Of a DNA stretch of 64,000 nt, positions 27,177-39,015 are shown piece by piece. Position 1 is the stretch's first letter; each line of letters starts with the position of its first letter. The DNA lies in the NCBI RefSeq assembly GCF_006345805.1, contig NC_043004.1, positions 58,342,001-58,406,000 on the forward strand, written 5' to 3'. The translations under genes and the position numbers were made by a program. Source of the DNA: Octopus sinensis (lineage: Eukaryota). A model generated the notes under the pieces. The model was not told where the DNA came from. It saw only the letters and a list, made by a program, of their open reading frames with translations, and made no database searches.

Positions 27177-28239
27177 ATATAGTAAAACAAAAAAAAAACT
27201 TGCATGCATATGCTCACACACACTATAAAAAAATTAGCATTACCAGACCTCTCTCCACTTTCTCTCTCTGCCTTTCCCTCTTTCTCTCTTCATGTGCCTT
27301 ATCTGTTTTACAGGCATCAGTGACTGTGGACTTCCATGGTAAAGAAGTTCAAGAATTTTGGGTAGTATGGTATTATCCCTAAATCATCACTACCTGCAGG
27401 TCTGCTCTGACCTAGGATGGTACTAATTAAAGGCTCCAGTTATGGAGAAAATGGCAAGATGTTCCTTGAGTTAATGCACACAAAACTCAGAAGAGGTCTA
27501 ACCCCAAAACACATTTCTCATGGGCCCACCAATGTGTGTAACATACCCTCATGTCACATGAACACGTCCTCCTGCCTAGAGTTAAATAGGCCCTGTTTCT
27601 TAACAGTAAGCTAAATATCTGACATAAATCATGTATCTTCAGACTTTGACATGGAGGTCCATGACTACTGACACCTGTAAAATAAGCATGGCACTTGAAA
27701 AGAGAGTCAGACATACAGACAGACAGAGAGAAAGACAGGCAGACAGAGAAAGAGAGAGACAAAGAGACAGAGATTACGAGTACTTTAAGAAAAGCATCTT
27801 CATGTAAATTCTAACAGTATTTGAGACATTTATTTATTACATATTCTTTCTTTCTTTCTCTTTTCTTATTTTCTCAATTCAAAAACTTGATGACACTGTA
27901 TTCAGATAATCTTTCCTACTCTTTTCAGCTTGTCTTGTCCATATCATTCACTTACAAAAATAAATAAATATCAAGAAAAAGTAAATTAGAAAAGCAAGTA
28001 AGATGTACTAATAACAGTAGACTCAGTAACAGTACTACATAGTAAATTCGATCAATACCTGGCCACTACATGCGATCTATTCATGCCAGCCTCTCCACCA
28101 CCACCACCTGAAATTAACATGGCAGCCATCACTGATTCTGTCATATACGAACAGCCAAGCCTAAGCTAAGCAACCAGCCAGCCGAACAATATCAGTCATC
28201 AAACATATATGCTTGTTAAATTCTAGCATTTTCTTTCTT

Positions 28240-28454
28240 TCCCTATGTATCCATCTATCAGTCTTTGTATCTACCTATCTAATCTATCTATCTGTATGTA
28301 TGTTTATCTAGATCTATCTATCTACCTACCTGTATATATGTGTGTGTGCATATGTATGTGAGTGTATGCAAATATATATATATATATATATATATATCTA
28401 TATATATATATATGTGTGTTTGTAAGTACATATGTGTATATATATATATGTATG

Positions 28455-28495
<41 letters not shown>

Positions 28496-28601
28496 GCATA
28501 TATATACATATATATCTGCATCTATGTATGTACATATATATATATATGTATGTATATATGTATATATATATGTGTATACATATGTAAATATATGTGTGTT
28601 G

Positions 28602-28667
<66 letters not shown>

Positions 28668-28970
28668 GCAAGCACATATGCACACACACACACATATATA
28701 TACATACATATATATATAATATATACCTACATACATATATATATTATATATATCTATCAATATATATATGTGTGTGTGTGTGTGTATACACACATGCATG
28801 TGTGAGTGTGTTTGTGATTATATGCATGGGTGTTCTTATGTTTACTTACGGACATATCTATACATGTGTGTATGTGTCTGTGTGAATGTATATAAATATG
28901 GCTACATATATCCACATATGTACACACATACACAAAGACACTCACACACATATATATATATATTTGCAAT
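28240..28970. repeat. Long compound (TA)/(TG)/(TATC)n tract; other large tracts at about 12100-12300, 12645-12830, 14412-14718, 20970-21081, 26130-26410, 29285-29560, 35010-35205, 42150-42440, 43520-43680, 45100-45465
   Basis: Directly visible. Confidence 0.95.
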
Positions 28971-29128
28971 TACAAACAGACATTCAATTGCACACACATA
29001 TCCATCCCTTTTTATCATCTTTTCCACTATCGTAGATTTATTCTTCTGTTTTTTTCTCTGTTGTTCTTCTTGTTATCACGGCAGCCATTGCTGCATGCAT
29101 TATAATTGCTATGGAAGATTCTGATCTA

Positions 29129-29142
29129 GTTGCCATGGCAAT
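29129..29142. promoter_or_regulatory. Candidate RFX X-box
   Basis: GTTGCCATGGCAAT, 13/14 match to GTTGCCATGGCAAC, inside a 25-bp near-palindrome (29123-29147). Confidence 0.4.
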
Positions 29143-29463
29143 AGATCCACTTGATGGAGAGTAAGAAACTGCTGTGAAGCAACAGTAACAAGTGAGTCGG
29201 CCATCTTTAATAAGGCTTATGTTTAATTTTCAATCAAAATGAAAATCTGAATTAATTTATTATATTTATCCTTTTTATTCAGTTTACACACACACATGAT
29301 ACATACATACATATATATACACACACATACACACATATACACATATAGAAATTCATATATACATATATATATATATATAAATGTATAGATACATATATAA
29401 ATATCTATAGATGTATATATGTCTAAATATATGTGCATGTATATATATGTGTGTGTGTGTGTA

Positions 29464-29549
<86 letters not shown>

Positions 29550-30096
29550 TACATACCTGCATGAGATTAAACTAATCTAAAGAAAATATGTTTAACAAAT
29601 TTTTTTTTTAAATACCTGTCATTATTGCTGGTGGGTTGTGAGCTGGGTGGAATGGTTGTTCTTTTAAGAAGTGTAGAAAATAGAAAATGGTATTTTGTAA
29701 TACCTAACAAATATTTTCAGCGGTAGCAATTATTAACTGCTAATATAGTTAAATAGCTCTCCATTGATTTCTTCATTTAAAAATAGGTTGCATCAAATAT
29801 CTGCAATTTAGTGTGCATATTTTTCATGCATATTTCAGTATTGACCATAAATATTTGCTATTTAATACTATATCATAGCATTTTTTTTTTAATTGAATTT
29901 ATATTCATTGGGTTCATGCTCCAGCTTTGTAGTGCATAGGTAAGACACAGGTAATGAGACATAATATGATATTAATAATATTACCTTTGAACAAATGAAA
30001 CTAATTTCAATATCACTGAACATGATATCAAATTGATATTATGGCAATTAGACACTCTGTACAAATTCATAACCCATCATTTAAACCTACCTTTAA

Positions 30097-30310
30097 CCCT
30101 TTTGATATCAACCTGTCTGAAACCAACTCTGGCTCTGTAGTACAAATGTCTTTTTGAAAGTTCTGAATTAAAGTCTTCCACCAAACCTTAGAATTTATGT
30201 TTTTAACACTAACTTAATGATAACTAAGTTATTTTACTAAATTCTTTGTTATAATTAAAATTAATTGAAAGAAACACAGGGCATATCAACAGAAATATGG
30301 TAAAAACAGC
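30097..30310. mobile_element. Possible piggyBac-like MITE relic
   Basis: TTAA|CCCTTTT start; right end not recognisable. Confidence 0.3.
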
Positions 30311-30736
30311 GTGAATTTTTAGTCTTATTCAAAATTTAATCTATGGATAAATAATTAAATTTGCCATGTTCCTGAAAAGTTCCTGGCTTTCAGTAAAAGA
30401 AAACAGGAGGTTAATTATATTATCAGTTAATTATATTAATCAACATATTCCTCTCTTGGATTCACACACTTATTGCGTTGGTCCTTCGGTTCTTCTAAGC
30501 CCTGTAAAAGAACTCAAAATGTTGGGCCTCCAACCAAACTTTTCACGATACCCTTAAAACCAGGACTTTATCAGCACCCCTTCATATGGCTATAACTAAA
30601 ATGTAAAACATTAATGGTATGCAAAGTAGTTGCCCCAGTTCTCTGAACTATTGGGTTTGTTATTTATATAAACAAATTGGTTGTTTGTTTCTCTAGGATT
30701 GGTCAAGTGATACAGAAAACCTAATTTTTTTATCAT

Positions 30737-31158
30737 TTACTTTTTAATTGTTTCATTCCTTTGGCTGCAGCCATGCTAGGGCACCACATTGAAGGGTTTT
30801 AATCAAATGAATCAATCCCTGAACTCAGTTTTTAAGCCTTCTACTTATTCTATAAGTCTGTTTTTGCCACACTAATAAGTTACAAGGACACAAACACACC
30901 AACACCAGTTCTCAAGTAGTGGTGGAGGCCAAACATAGACACAAAAACACACACACGCACAAACAAACGTACACACACACACACACACACATACAACAGG
31001 CTTCTTTCAGTTTCCCTCTACCGAATCCACTCACTTGGTTTCAGAGAGCCTGAGGCTATAGTAGAAGACACTTGCTCAAGATGCCATGCAGTAGGACTGA
31101 ACCTGGAACCATGTGGTTGAGAAGCAAGCTTCTTACCACACAGGCATGCTGCACCTAT
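30737..31158 (-). mobile_element. SINE family A, older diverged copy
   Basis: Colinear but more diverged. Confidence 0.8.
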
Positions 31159-31294
31159 GAGGAAGTTCCAATAAAGATAAAAAATAGATTAAACATTTTT
31201 ACTTTCTTATTTTACAATATACACTGAGGTATTTAAATCTGCCATGTTTCTGTCTACTACATAGGTTTTACATATATATATATATATATATGTG

Positions 31295-31685
31295 TGTGTG
31301 GTAAGTAGCTTGCTTACCAACCACATGGTTCCGGGTTCAGTCCCACTGCGTGGCACCTTGGGCAAGTGTCTTCTACTATAGCCTCGGGCCGACCAATGCC
31401 TTGTGAGTGGACTTGGTAGACGGAAACTGAAAGAAGCCTGTCGTATATATGTATGTGTGTGTATGTGTTTGTGTGTCTGTGTTTGTCCCCCTAGCATTGC
31501 TTGACAACCGATGCTGGTGTGTTTATGTCCCCCGTCACTTAGCGGTTCGGCAAAAGAGACCGATAAAATAAGTACTGGGCTTACAAAAGAATAAGTTCCG
31601 GGGTGAGTTGCTCGATTAAAGGCAGTGCTCCAGCATGGCCGCAGTCAAATGATTGAAACAAGTAAAAGAGTAAAAGAGTAAAAGA
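31295..31685 (+). mobile_element. SINE family A, slightly 5'-truncated
   Basis: Starts inside the A box after (TA)/(TG)n; tail (GTAAAAGA)x3. Confidence 0.9.
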
Positions 31686-32155
31686 ATATATATATATATT
31701 TATATTTGTGTATAGTTCAAATCTACACAAAGTATGAATGCATTTCTTAAAAATAAGTATGACTATGTGGTTAAATAGTTCACTTCACAACCACCTGGAT
31801 TCAACTTCAATACAAATGAACAACACCTTCAGCAAGTGTCTGCTAATATAGCCTCAAGCCAACCAGCCATGCCTCGTGAGTAAACTTGGTAGACAAGAGA
31901 AACTGAAGGAAGTGCATCATGTGTGTGTGGTGTGTGTGTGTGTATATATATATATCTACTACCAGTGGCCTAACATGTAGAAACTAGTCTATAGACTATG
32001 TATAATTCATATAAATACAGTGTACATTTAAACACATAAGAGATGACCATAATAGGACACCTAACACGCTAGAAGGGGTAGTTAAAATTCAAACCACTAT
32101 TAAGGGTAATTTTGAAGGGAATGAAAAATAAAAAATAAAAACATTTACCATCTTT

Positions 32156-32228
32156 CTCCTGGACCATGGTTTCGAACTCTAATTAGCAAATAAAGTAATT
32201 TGCTAGGAGAAGTTCTCATCAGTGGGAA
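32156..32228 (-). ncRNA. Type I hammerhead motif, family I left arm
   Basis: Minus strand: TTCCCA-CTGATGA-GAACT-TCTC-CTAGCAAAT-TACTTT-ATTTGCTAA-TTAG-AGTTC-GAA-ACCATGGT-C-CAGGAG. Canonical core and GUC site; the two core-proximal stem I pairs are lost, consistent with CpG decay. Confidence 0.8.
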
Positions 32229-32339
32229 TACCAAAAGATTAACATATAAATACAAGGCAATACAGTACATGCTTTGTACTTGCATATTATAATTTTTCAA
32301 ATCCACTACGCAAGCACAGTTTTGTATTGCCTTTTGGCA

Positions 32340-32412
32340 TTCCTGCTGATGAAAACTTCACCTAGCAAATTACTTTATTTGCTAATTAGAGTTTGAAACC
32401 ATGGTCCGGGAG
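32340..32412 (+). ncRNA. Type I hammerhead motif, family I right arm
   Basis: TTCCTG-CTGATGA-AAACT..AGTTT-GAA-ACCATGGT-C-CGGGAG; stem I fully paired (2 G-U), stem II closed by A-U. Confidence 0.8.
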
Positions 32413-32454
32413 AAAGATGGTAAATGTTTTTATTTTTCATTCCCTGGAATCAGA

Positions 32455-32800
32455 TTCCAGGGATGTTCCTCTACTTTTGAGGCACCCATGCCTCTTAAAA
32501 CAATGTGTACAACTCATTGCCTCATAGCCATAAGCTTGCAAAAGCATGCTCAATGTCTCCATAGCAGATTTCCCAAGTTTAATGCAAATTTCACTTTGGT
32601 TCTATATTCCTGTCCATGACAAAATCACAGACTACAACACACACATGATCACAAAAACATAAATTTCACAACTTGCAAAGTTGATGTTACTCACACTGCC
32701 TCATGAAGATCACTGCTAGCTCTCATTGCACACAGAACTGTGTGCTACCATCTGTTGGTGTGCTATAGAATTAATCCGGGAACTTTTTCATTATACATAT
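32455..32800 (-). mobile_element. 5' fragment of the same mariner family
   Basis: Homologous to 6046-6393; frameshifted remnant SAMETLSMLLQAYGYEAMSCTHCF. Confidence 0.75.
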
Positions 32801-32909
32801 AGTAGAGATTGTGTGTACAAATAGATGTACAACTGTTACAGTTAGGACTCTACATAGATTATCATAATTTAGCTTGCTTCCTGTATAGTTGTATATCTTT
32901 TATACTAAA

Positions 32910-33303
32910 CTAGCAGTATCGTCCGGCGTTGCTCGGGCTTGTAAGGGAAATAACTATATAAGCATTTTTAGAGATGTAAAGTATAATAGCCATCTCAATA
33001 CGGTTAACCACAAAGGGGGGGGTGTTACTGTAGCTTTTTACGTTCTGAGATTTAATAATAAATTTTTAGAGAGTTACTTCCGTTATATATGCAAAAATGC
33101 ATTAAAAATGGGAAAAATTGATGGTAAATTTTTTTAAATCGTAGACTCATTGTAGACGCGCGCTAATACCCAGAAGGGCTCGATATGAATCACGACAATA
33201 AGATACCCGGTTTTGGTTAAACTGCACCGCAAAATGTGGGAGTAGTTAGGAATCTAAATCGTAGGAGACAGACACCAAACAACCTCACTTTTATATATAA
33301 AGA
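32910..33303 (-). mobile_element. Non-autonomous Helitron, family F
   Basis: Reverse complement of 2477-2847 with TC and CTAG termini at an AT site. Confidence 0.85.
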
Positions 33304-33624
33304 TTAATATAAATAGTTAAGAACTACAGAGCAAATGTAGGAGAAATAAAGATAAACACAAGTTTACATTACTTTCTTGACTCATTTGGGTCATCACCAG
33401 AACATATTATGGGAGTTTCATTATAGAAACTTGGTAAATTTATTACCAAACACTTGATTAATTTGATCAGTTTCTATTTTGAACTTCACTGGTCTGCTAA
33501 GATTACTTCATACAAAAGAATATAAAATATATCTTTTATAGAGTCTTGAGAATATTAGATAAAGAATAGAAAATAATGAAAAAAGATTTAATGGCATGTC
33601 AGCAAAAGACAAGAAAATAGATAT

Positions 33625-34052
33625 ACTCTTTATTCTTTTTACTCTTTTACTTGTTTCAGTTATTTGACTGCGGCCATGCTGGAGCACCGCCTTTAGTCGA
33701 GCAAATCGACCCCGGGACTTATTCTTTGTAAGCCCAGTACTTATTCTATCGGTCTCTTTTTGCCGAACCGCTAAGTGACGGGGACGTAAACACACCAGCA
33801 TCGATTGTCAGGCAATGCTAGGGGGACAAACACAGACACACAAACACACACATATACATATATATATATATATATATATACATATATACGACAGGCTTCT
33901 TTCAGTTTCCATCTACCAAATCCACTCACAAGGCATTGGTCGGCCCGGGGCTATAGCAGAAGACACTTGCCCAAGATGCCATGCAGTGAGACTGAACCTG
34001 GAACCATGTGGTTGGTTAGCAAGCTACTTACCACACAGCCACTCCTGCACCT
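33625..34052 (-). mobile_element. SINE family A, full length
   Basis: Colinear with other copies. Confidence 0.9.
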
Positions 34053-35045
34053 ATATTGATAATGGTATTATATCATTATTTTGTCACTAGATTAGCTTCT
34101 ATTATCTGAACTGCAATGATAAAATTACTTTTGGCAAATATTTTTATATAGTAACCAGATGCACAGGAAACCTAGACAAAGTCTTACACACAGACTGTAT
34201 GATCACTCTAGTTGGAAAATGAATATTAATAAAAGCAATGTAAAATGTTTGTTGCAATAATATATATAGCAGGATTGACTTTATATCCTGTCTCACATTG
34301 GATAAAATAAATACTGTTAATATTTCTGTGTCTGTGTTGTTTGATCAGTAAATAGCCAAATTTAATTATAGACAAGTGAGACAACCTGAGTAAATTTTCA
34401 GAACTGTGCCGTACATGGAAAATATCAGCACAGCATAAATGTTAACTGAATAGAACTAACAGTTCATATAGCAACTTGTTTCGTGTCTTGACAAAATAAA
34501 TAAATAAAAAGTGAAAACTTTAAGCTTAATGGAACAATTAACAATTGTTATGAATTTTGTGAACTTTAAAGGTTGGGAACTGATATTGGTCATTTTATGC
34601 TTAAATGTTCAATAAGTCAAGAAAAATCAAGATCAATAAGTTATGTGTTGAGATTTGAAGATCAAGGGCCAACTTATTAATTTTTCATCAAAATAATAAG
34701 AGCTTTTTAGCGAGAAGTATGTAAGGCATGAGAATCACACTTGATATAATGTTGTTTTAGCAGAAAATTGCGTGTGCGAAGGGCAAAGCTTTGTGGTTTG
34801 TTCAATCTGTCATTTAACAGCCATTTTTCCATGCTGGCACATCGTGAACAGGAGTTGCTGTTTGAGACAGGATTTTATGGCTGACTGCTTTCCCTCCCAC
34901 CAACATTCACCTGTTTTTAGATAAGGAATTTTTTTATTCTGCAAGTTTCTAAAAGTGCAGAATGGGTGGTCAAATGATGAGAAATAAAATACCAGCAATC
35001 ATGCACATTTGCATACACACATACATGTGTTTTATATATGTATAT

Positions 35046-35099
<54 letters not shown>

Positions 35100-35144
35100 A
35101 CATATATATATGTGTATATATATGTATATATATGTATATATATG

Positions 35145-35205
<61 letters not shown>

Positions 35206-35273
35206 TAACTGTAACAGTATGATAACAAAAGAATGAATGAGACCTCGATATTATGTAAATAGAGGAATTTATC

Positions 35274-35471
35274 TGTAATATAACATGTGACAATTATTTA
35301 GTTGCCATAATAAAACTCTTAGTTTCGGATATCGTGGTGGAAATTTGCTCAAGCATCTCATCAGTTATTAAGACAAACAAATAACTGATGAGATGCCAGA
35401 GCAGATTTCCGCCCTGACATCCAAAACTTGGAGTTTTATTATGGCAACTGAATAATTATCACACATTATAT

Positions 35472-35475
<4 letters not shown>
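35274..35475. mobile_element. Family J fold-back, about 95-bp arms and 10-nt loop, hammerhead motif in each arm
   Basis: 35274-35369 vs 35380-35475 inverted; loop AAGACAAACA. Confidence 0.8.
35309..35369 (-). ncRNA. Type I hammerhead motif, family J left arm (right-arm copy 35380-35440 has G12A)
   Basis: Minus strand: AATAA-CTGATGA-GATG..TATC-C-GAA-ACT-AAG-AGT-T-TTATT; stem I 5 bp, stem III ACT/AGT, one unpaired C before GAAA. Confidence 0.6.
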
Positions 35476-35528
<53 letters not shown>

Positions 35529-36062
35529 CATACATACATATACAATGGGTTTCTTTCAGTTTCTGTCTACCAGACCCACTCACAAGGCTTTGGTCAGCTT
35601 GAGGCTTATAGTGGAAGATACTTGCCCAAGGTGCCATGCAGTCGGACTGAACCTGGAAGCTTTTATCCATACAATCATGCCTAAAGATAAATATTTGCTG
35701 CTTAGAGTAAAGAAATAGCTAGAATTGGAAAAAATTGAATCAGTAATCCAGGGAATAAAACCAATTAGTAGTAATAAAGCAGAAAATGAAGAAAATTTAT
35801 GAAATTTTTGCAGTAGTTAAAAATGTATACAATAGTTTGAATAACTAAATCACTACAATTGCTTAACTGGAAGGTCATATCACACAATTATTTTAAAAGT
35901 GTAGTTTGGGATAAAAGGCACAAAACAATATCCATGAGAACCATTATTGTGCAGCAATTTTCAGATTAATTTATTGTTAGATAAAATAGATTAGATTTTT
36001 GTTTATAATTCTCAGTGGAGAATATGCACTTATGGTTATATGATGTGAATAAGAAAGGGTTG

Positions 36063-36180
<118 letters not shown>

Positions 36181-37744
36181 GACGCTTCTGCAGTGATTAT
36201 TCAATAAATCAATTGATTGCTACTATTTTCCTACCTCATCAATAATGCAGAGAATTCACTTTACTAAAAACTGCTAAGACTACTGTTGCCAATTTTTGCC
36301 AAGACTACAATATTTATAGTAAATAAATCTTTGCCTCCCCTCAGTCTGCCAGGTTGGTAGTAGATACCATCCATATATCATTGTAAGATATTGCACATCT
36401 GTCAAAACAATTGCTACAGGAATATGTAAATATTGAAATACTAGTGTATCCATGTTGTGAAAAACGATGGGCTTGATTAAATTTTATCAGTATTCATATA
36501 TAGATGCAGGCATGGTTGTATGGTAAGAAGCTTGTTTCGCAACCACATGGTTCAGAGTTCAATGCCACTGCATGGTACCTTGAGCAAGTATCTCTTCTAC
36601 TATAGCCTCGGACTGACCAAAACCTTGTGAGTGGATTTTGTAGATGGAAACTGAAAGAAGCATATCATATATGTGTGTGTGTGTGTACATCTTTGTGTTT
36701 TTCTTTTTACTTAACATCCCAAAGAGACACACAACCAAAATGGTATGATTATAATGATATCTATATTCAACTTTTCCTTTTTCCTCTCTAGGCTCTTCTT
36801 TTTTTTATTTATTCTTCACTCTGATGAAGCTCAATGTTTCAGATCAGTTTTATTACTAAATATTATAAATATTTTTAGCATATCAATAGCAATTCCATAC
36901 AACATTAGAAGCAGAAACAGCTGTCGGATTGAGATGCAGTCTATTTGTATCGAATTAATAAATAATAAGTGATGTGAGTCAATTGTTGTTCATCAATATT
37001 TCTCCATTTTCTGTTTTCTTTAAATTTTGATAAACTCATGTTTATCCTTGTCTTTATAATTTGTGAGCATAATATGCTTGCATATGTATGCCCATGGTTA
37101 AACATACTGGTAGTACAATGGTTACTTAGACGATTATTAATTTAACCTCTTACTCAACTAGCCTTATGTGTGTGTGTGTTTGTGTGTCTGTGTTTGTCCC
37201 TCACCATCGCTTGACAACTGATGCTGGTGTTTTTACGTCCCCATAACTTAGCAGTTCAACAAAACAGACCAATAGAATAAGTACTAGGCTTTCAAATTAT
37301 GATCCCCAGGGTCGATTTGTTTGACGAAGGGCGGTGCTCCAGCATGGCGCCAATCAAATGACTAAAACAAATAAAAGAGTAAAAGAGCACACATATATCA
37401 AATACTTTTTCAAAATCAACAAAACACAGGCTTCATGTCATCTTTGTAAAGGTGTACCAAACATTTTAGCGTATGATGTAGGTCTTATTGTAAAAACCTG
37501 GACCCTCTGCACCCCTGGAACCTATTTTCTCCTGCCACATGTTGTTAACTTTGCATTCAATCTTATTTAAAATTACTCTACAAAACATCATTGGTAACAG
37601 AGTAATGGCACTCCAGGCCCCACTCTTGCAGTGCCATTACTCAGTTTCAGTTCCTAAGTACTTTTTCTGTAATTTCATTAATTCCACCCTAGTTAATTTT
37701 GATCCTGTTTTCCACATGCAGTTAAGCAATTCGTGCTATGGTTG

Positions 37745-37845
37745 CTAGAGAGCTTTTAACATATCGGATGAGATTCCTTCTACTCTAGGTGTTTTATAAA
37801 GTTTTAATTCCCTTGTTGATTTTGCAACCTCAGCTAGTCTACTTA
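37745..37845 (-). pseudogene. LINE RT N-terminal relic
   Basis: AEVAKSTRELKLYKTPRVEGISSDMLKAL resembles the K.GKAPG.DGI.AEMLK motif. Confidence 0.5.
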
Positions 37846-37959
37846 TAAACATGCATATATGTGTAAATACATGTAGATGTATGTAGTGATATAATAATCC
37901 ACAGCGTATATATATATATATATATATATGCACACAAATATATATGAAATATGTATGTT

Positions 37960-38333
37960 CAAATCAAATCAAATCAAAATCGATGAACATCAATGGAATT
38001 TGTATTTTTGTGGTACCAGTGCTGGTGGCACATAAGAAAACCATCCAAACGTGGCCGTAGCCAGTACCGCATCGACTGGCCTCCGTGCTGTGGGCACGTA
38101 AAAAACACCATCCAAGCGTGCCGTTCGCCAGCCTCGTCTGGCACCTGTGTCGGTGGCACATAAAAAGCACCCACTACACTCACGGAGTGGTTGGCGTTAG
38201 GAAGGGCATCCAGCTGTAGAAACACTGCCAGATCTGACTGGCCTGGTGCAGCCTTCTGGCTTCCCAAACCCCAGTTGAACCGTGCAACCCATGCTAGCAT
38301 GGAAAGCGGACGTTAAACGATGATGATGATGAT
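37960..38333 (+). mobile_element. Family B, three units
   Basis: Same tail and units. Confidence 0.85.
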
Positions 38334-38736
38334 GTATGTATAAGTGTCTGTGTGTGTGTGAATATATATAGTACACACATATGCATAAAAGACATTGCGC
38401 CAAATATTGGTTTATTTTGGCAACTAATAGTAATAGCTACAGACATCTGATGGAAGAGGGAGTAATTCACTTTATCAATGAATTTGTCCATCCATATTCT
38501 CCAACCACTATTCTTGAATGGTTCATGATGGTAGAGTGCTCAGGCACCTCTTCCATTGGCTCCTATTAGAAACATCCATTAATGCACTTTCCTGCTGGAC
38601 TCCCAAGCATGAGAGACTGAAACTATGGCTATTATTCAACCATTTCACTTTTGGTTTACTCCTAGGTCTCTCATTAGCTGGCTTGTCTTAAAGAATCTAT
38701 CTTGCAGTTCTTTCCTTTAACACTCGAACCACATGT

Positions 38737-39015
38737 CTGGTTGCTGTAAAGTCCCTACACAAATGCCCTGATGTTTGCGTTCAGATAAATGATACTGAGT
38801 CAAAGTTGTTCAACATGGGTACTGGACTTTTACAGGGGCGCATATTGTCACCTCGCCTTTTCATAATTTTTATGAACTGGATTGACATGTGAAGCCATTT
38901 TGGAAGTGGTATCACGATTGGTTCCTGTAAGATTGGCTGTTTGATACTTGCAGACAACATGGTGCATCTTCGCTCGTCAGAAGATTATCTCAAGCAAGCA
39001 ATGAATGGGTTCACT
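38737..39015 (+). pseudogene. RTE-like LINE reverse transcriptase relic
   Basis: Single frame with one stop: VAVKSLH..TGLLQGRILSPRLFIIFMNWI*..GCLILADNMVHL, matching QG..SP and decayed (Y/F)ADD motifs. Confidence 0.8.

Larger units (their letters stand above)
32116..32445. mobile_element. Family I fold-back, about 120-bp arms, canonical hammerhead in each arm
   Basis: 32116-32237 is the inverted copy of about 32331-32445. Confidence 0.85.

Noticed and set aside
27314-27338. Possible 25-nt microexon (TTTTACAG|...CCATG|GTAAAG)
   Set aside because: Frameshifting length, polypyrimidine tract is a (CT)-type repeat, no supporting evidence.
28340-28885. Long ORFs rich in Y/I/C/V/H/T here and at many other tracts
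   Set aside because: Translations of (TA)n, (TG)n and (CA)n microsatellites, which lack stops by composition.
28998-29060. SLFIIFSTIV resembling Kv2 S1 (SI.FIVLSTIA)
   Set aside because: No in-frame acceptor upstream, no LNT continuation; explained by a pyrimidine-rich tract.
32116-32445. DNA-transposon MITE interpretation of the fold-backs
   Set aside because: No superfamily-type terminal motif or fixed TSD was found, and the arms contain hammerhead cores.
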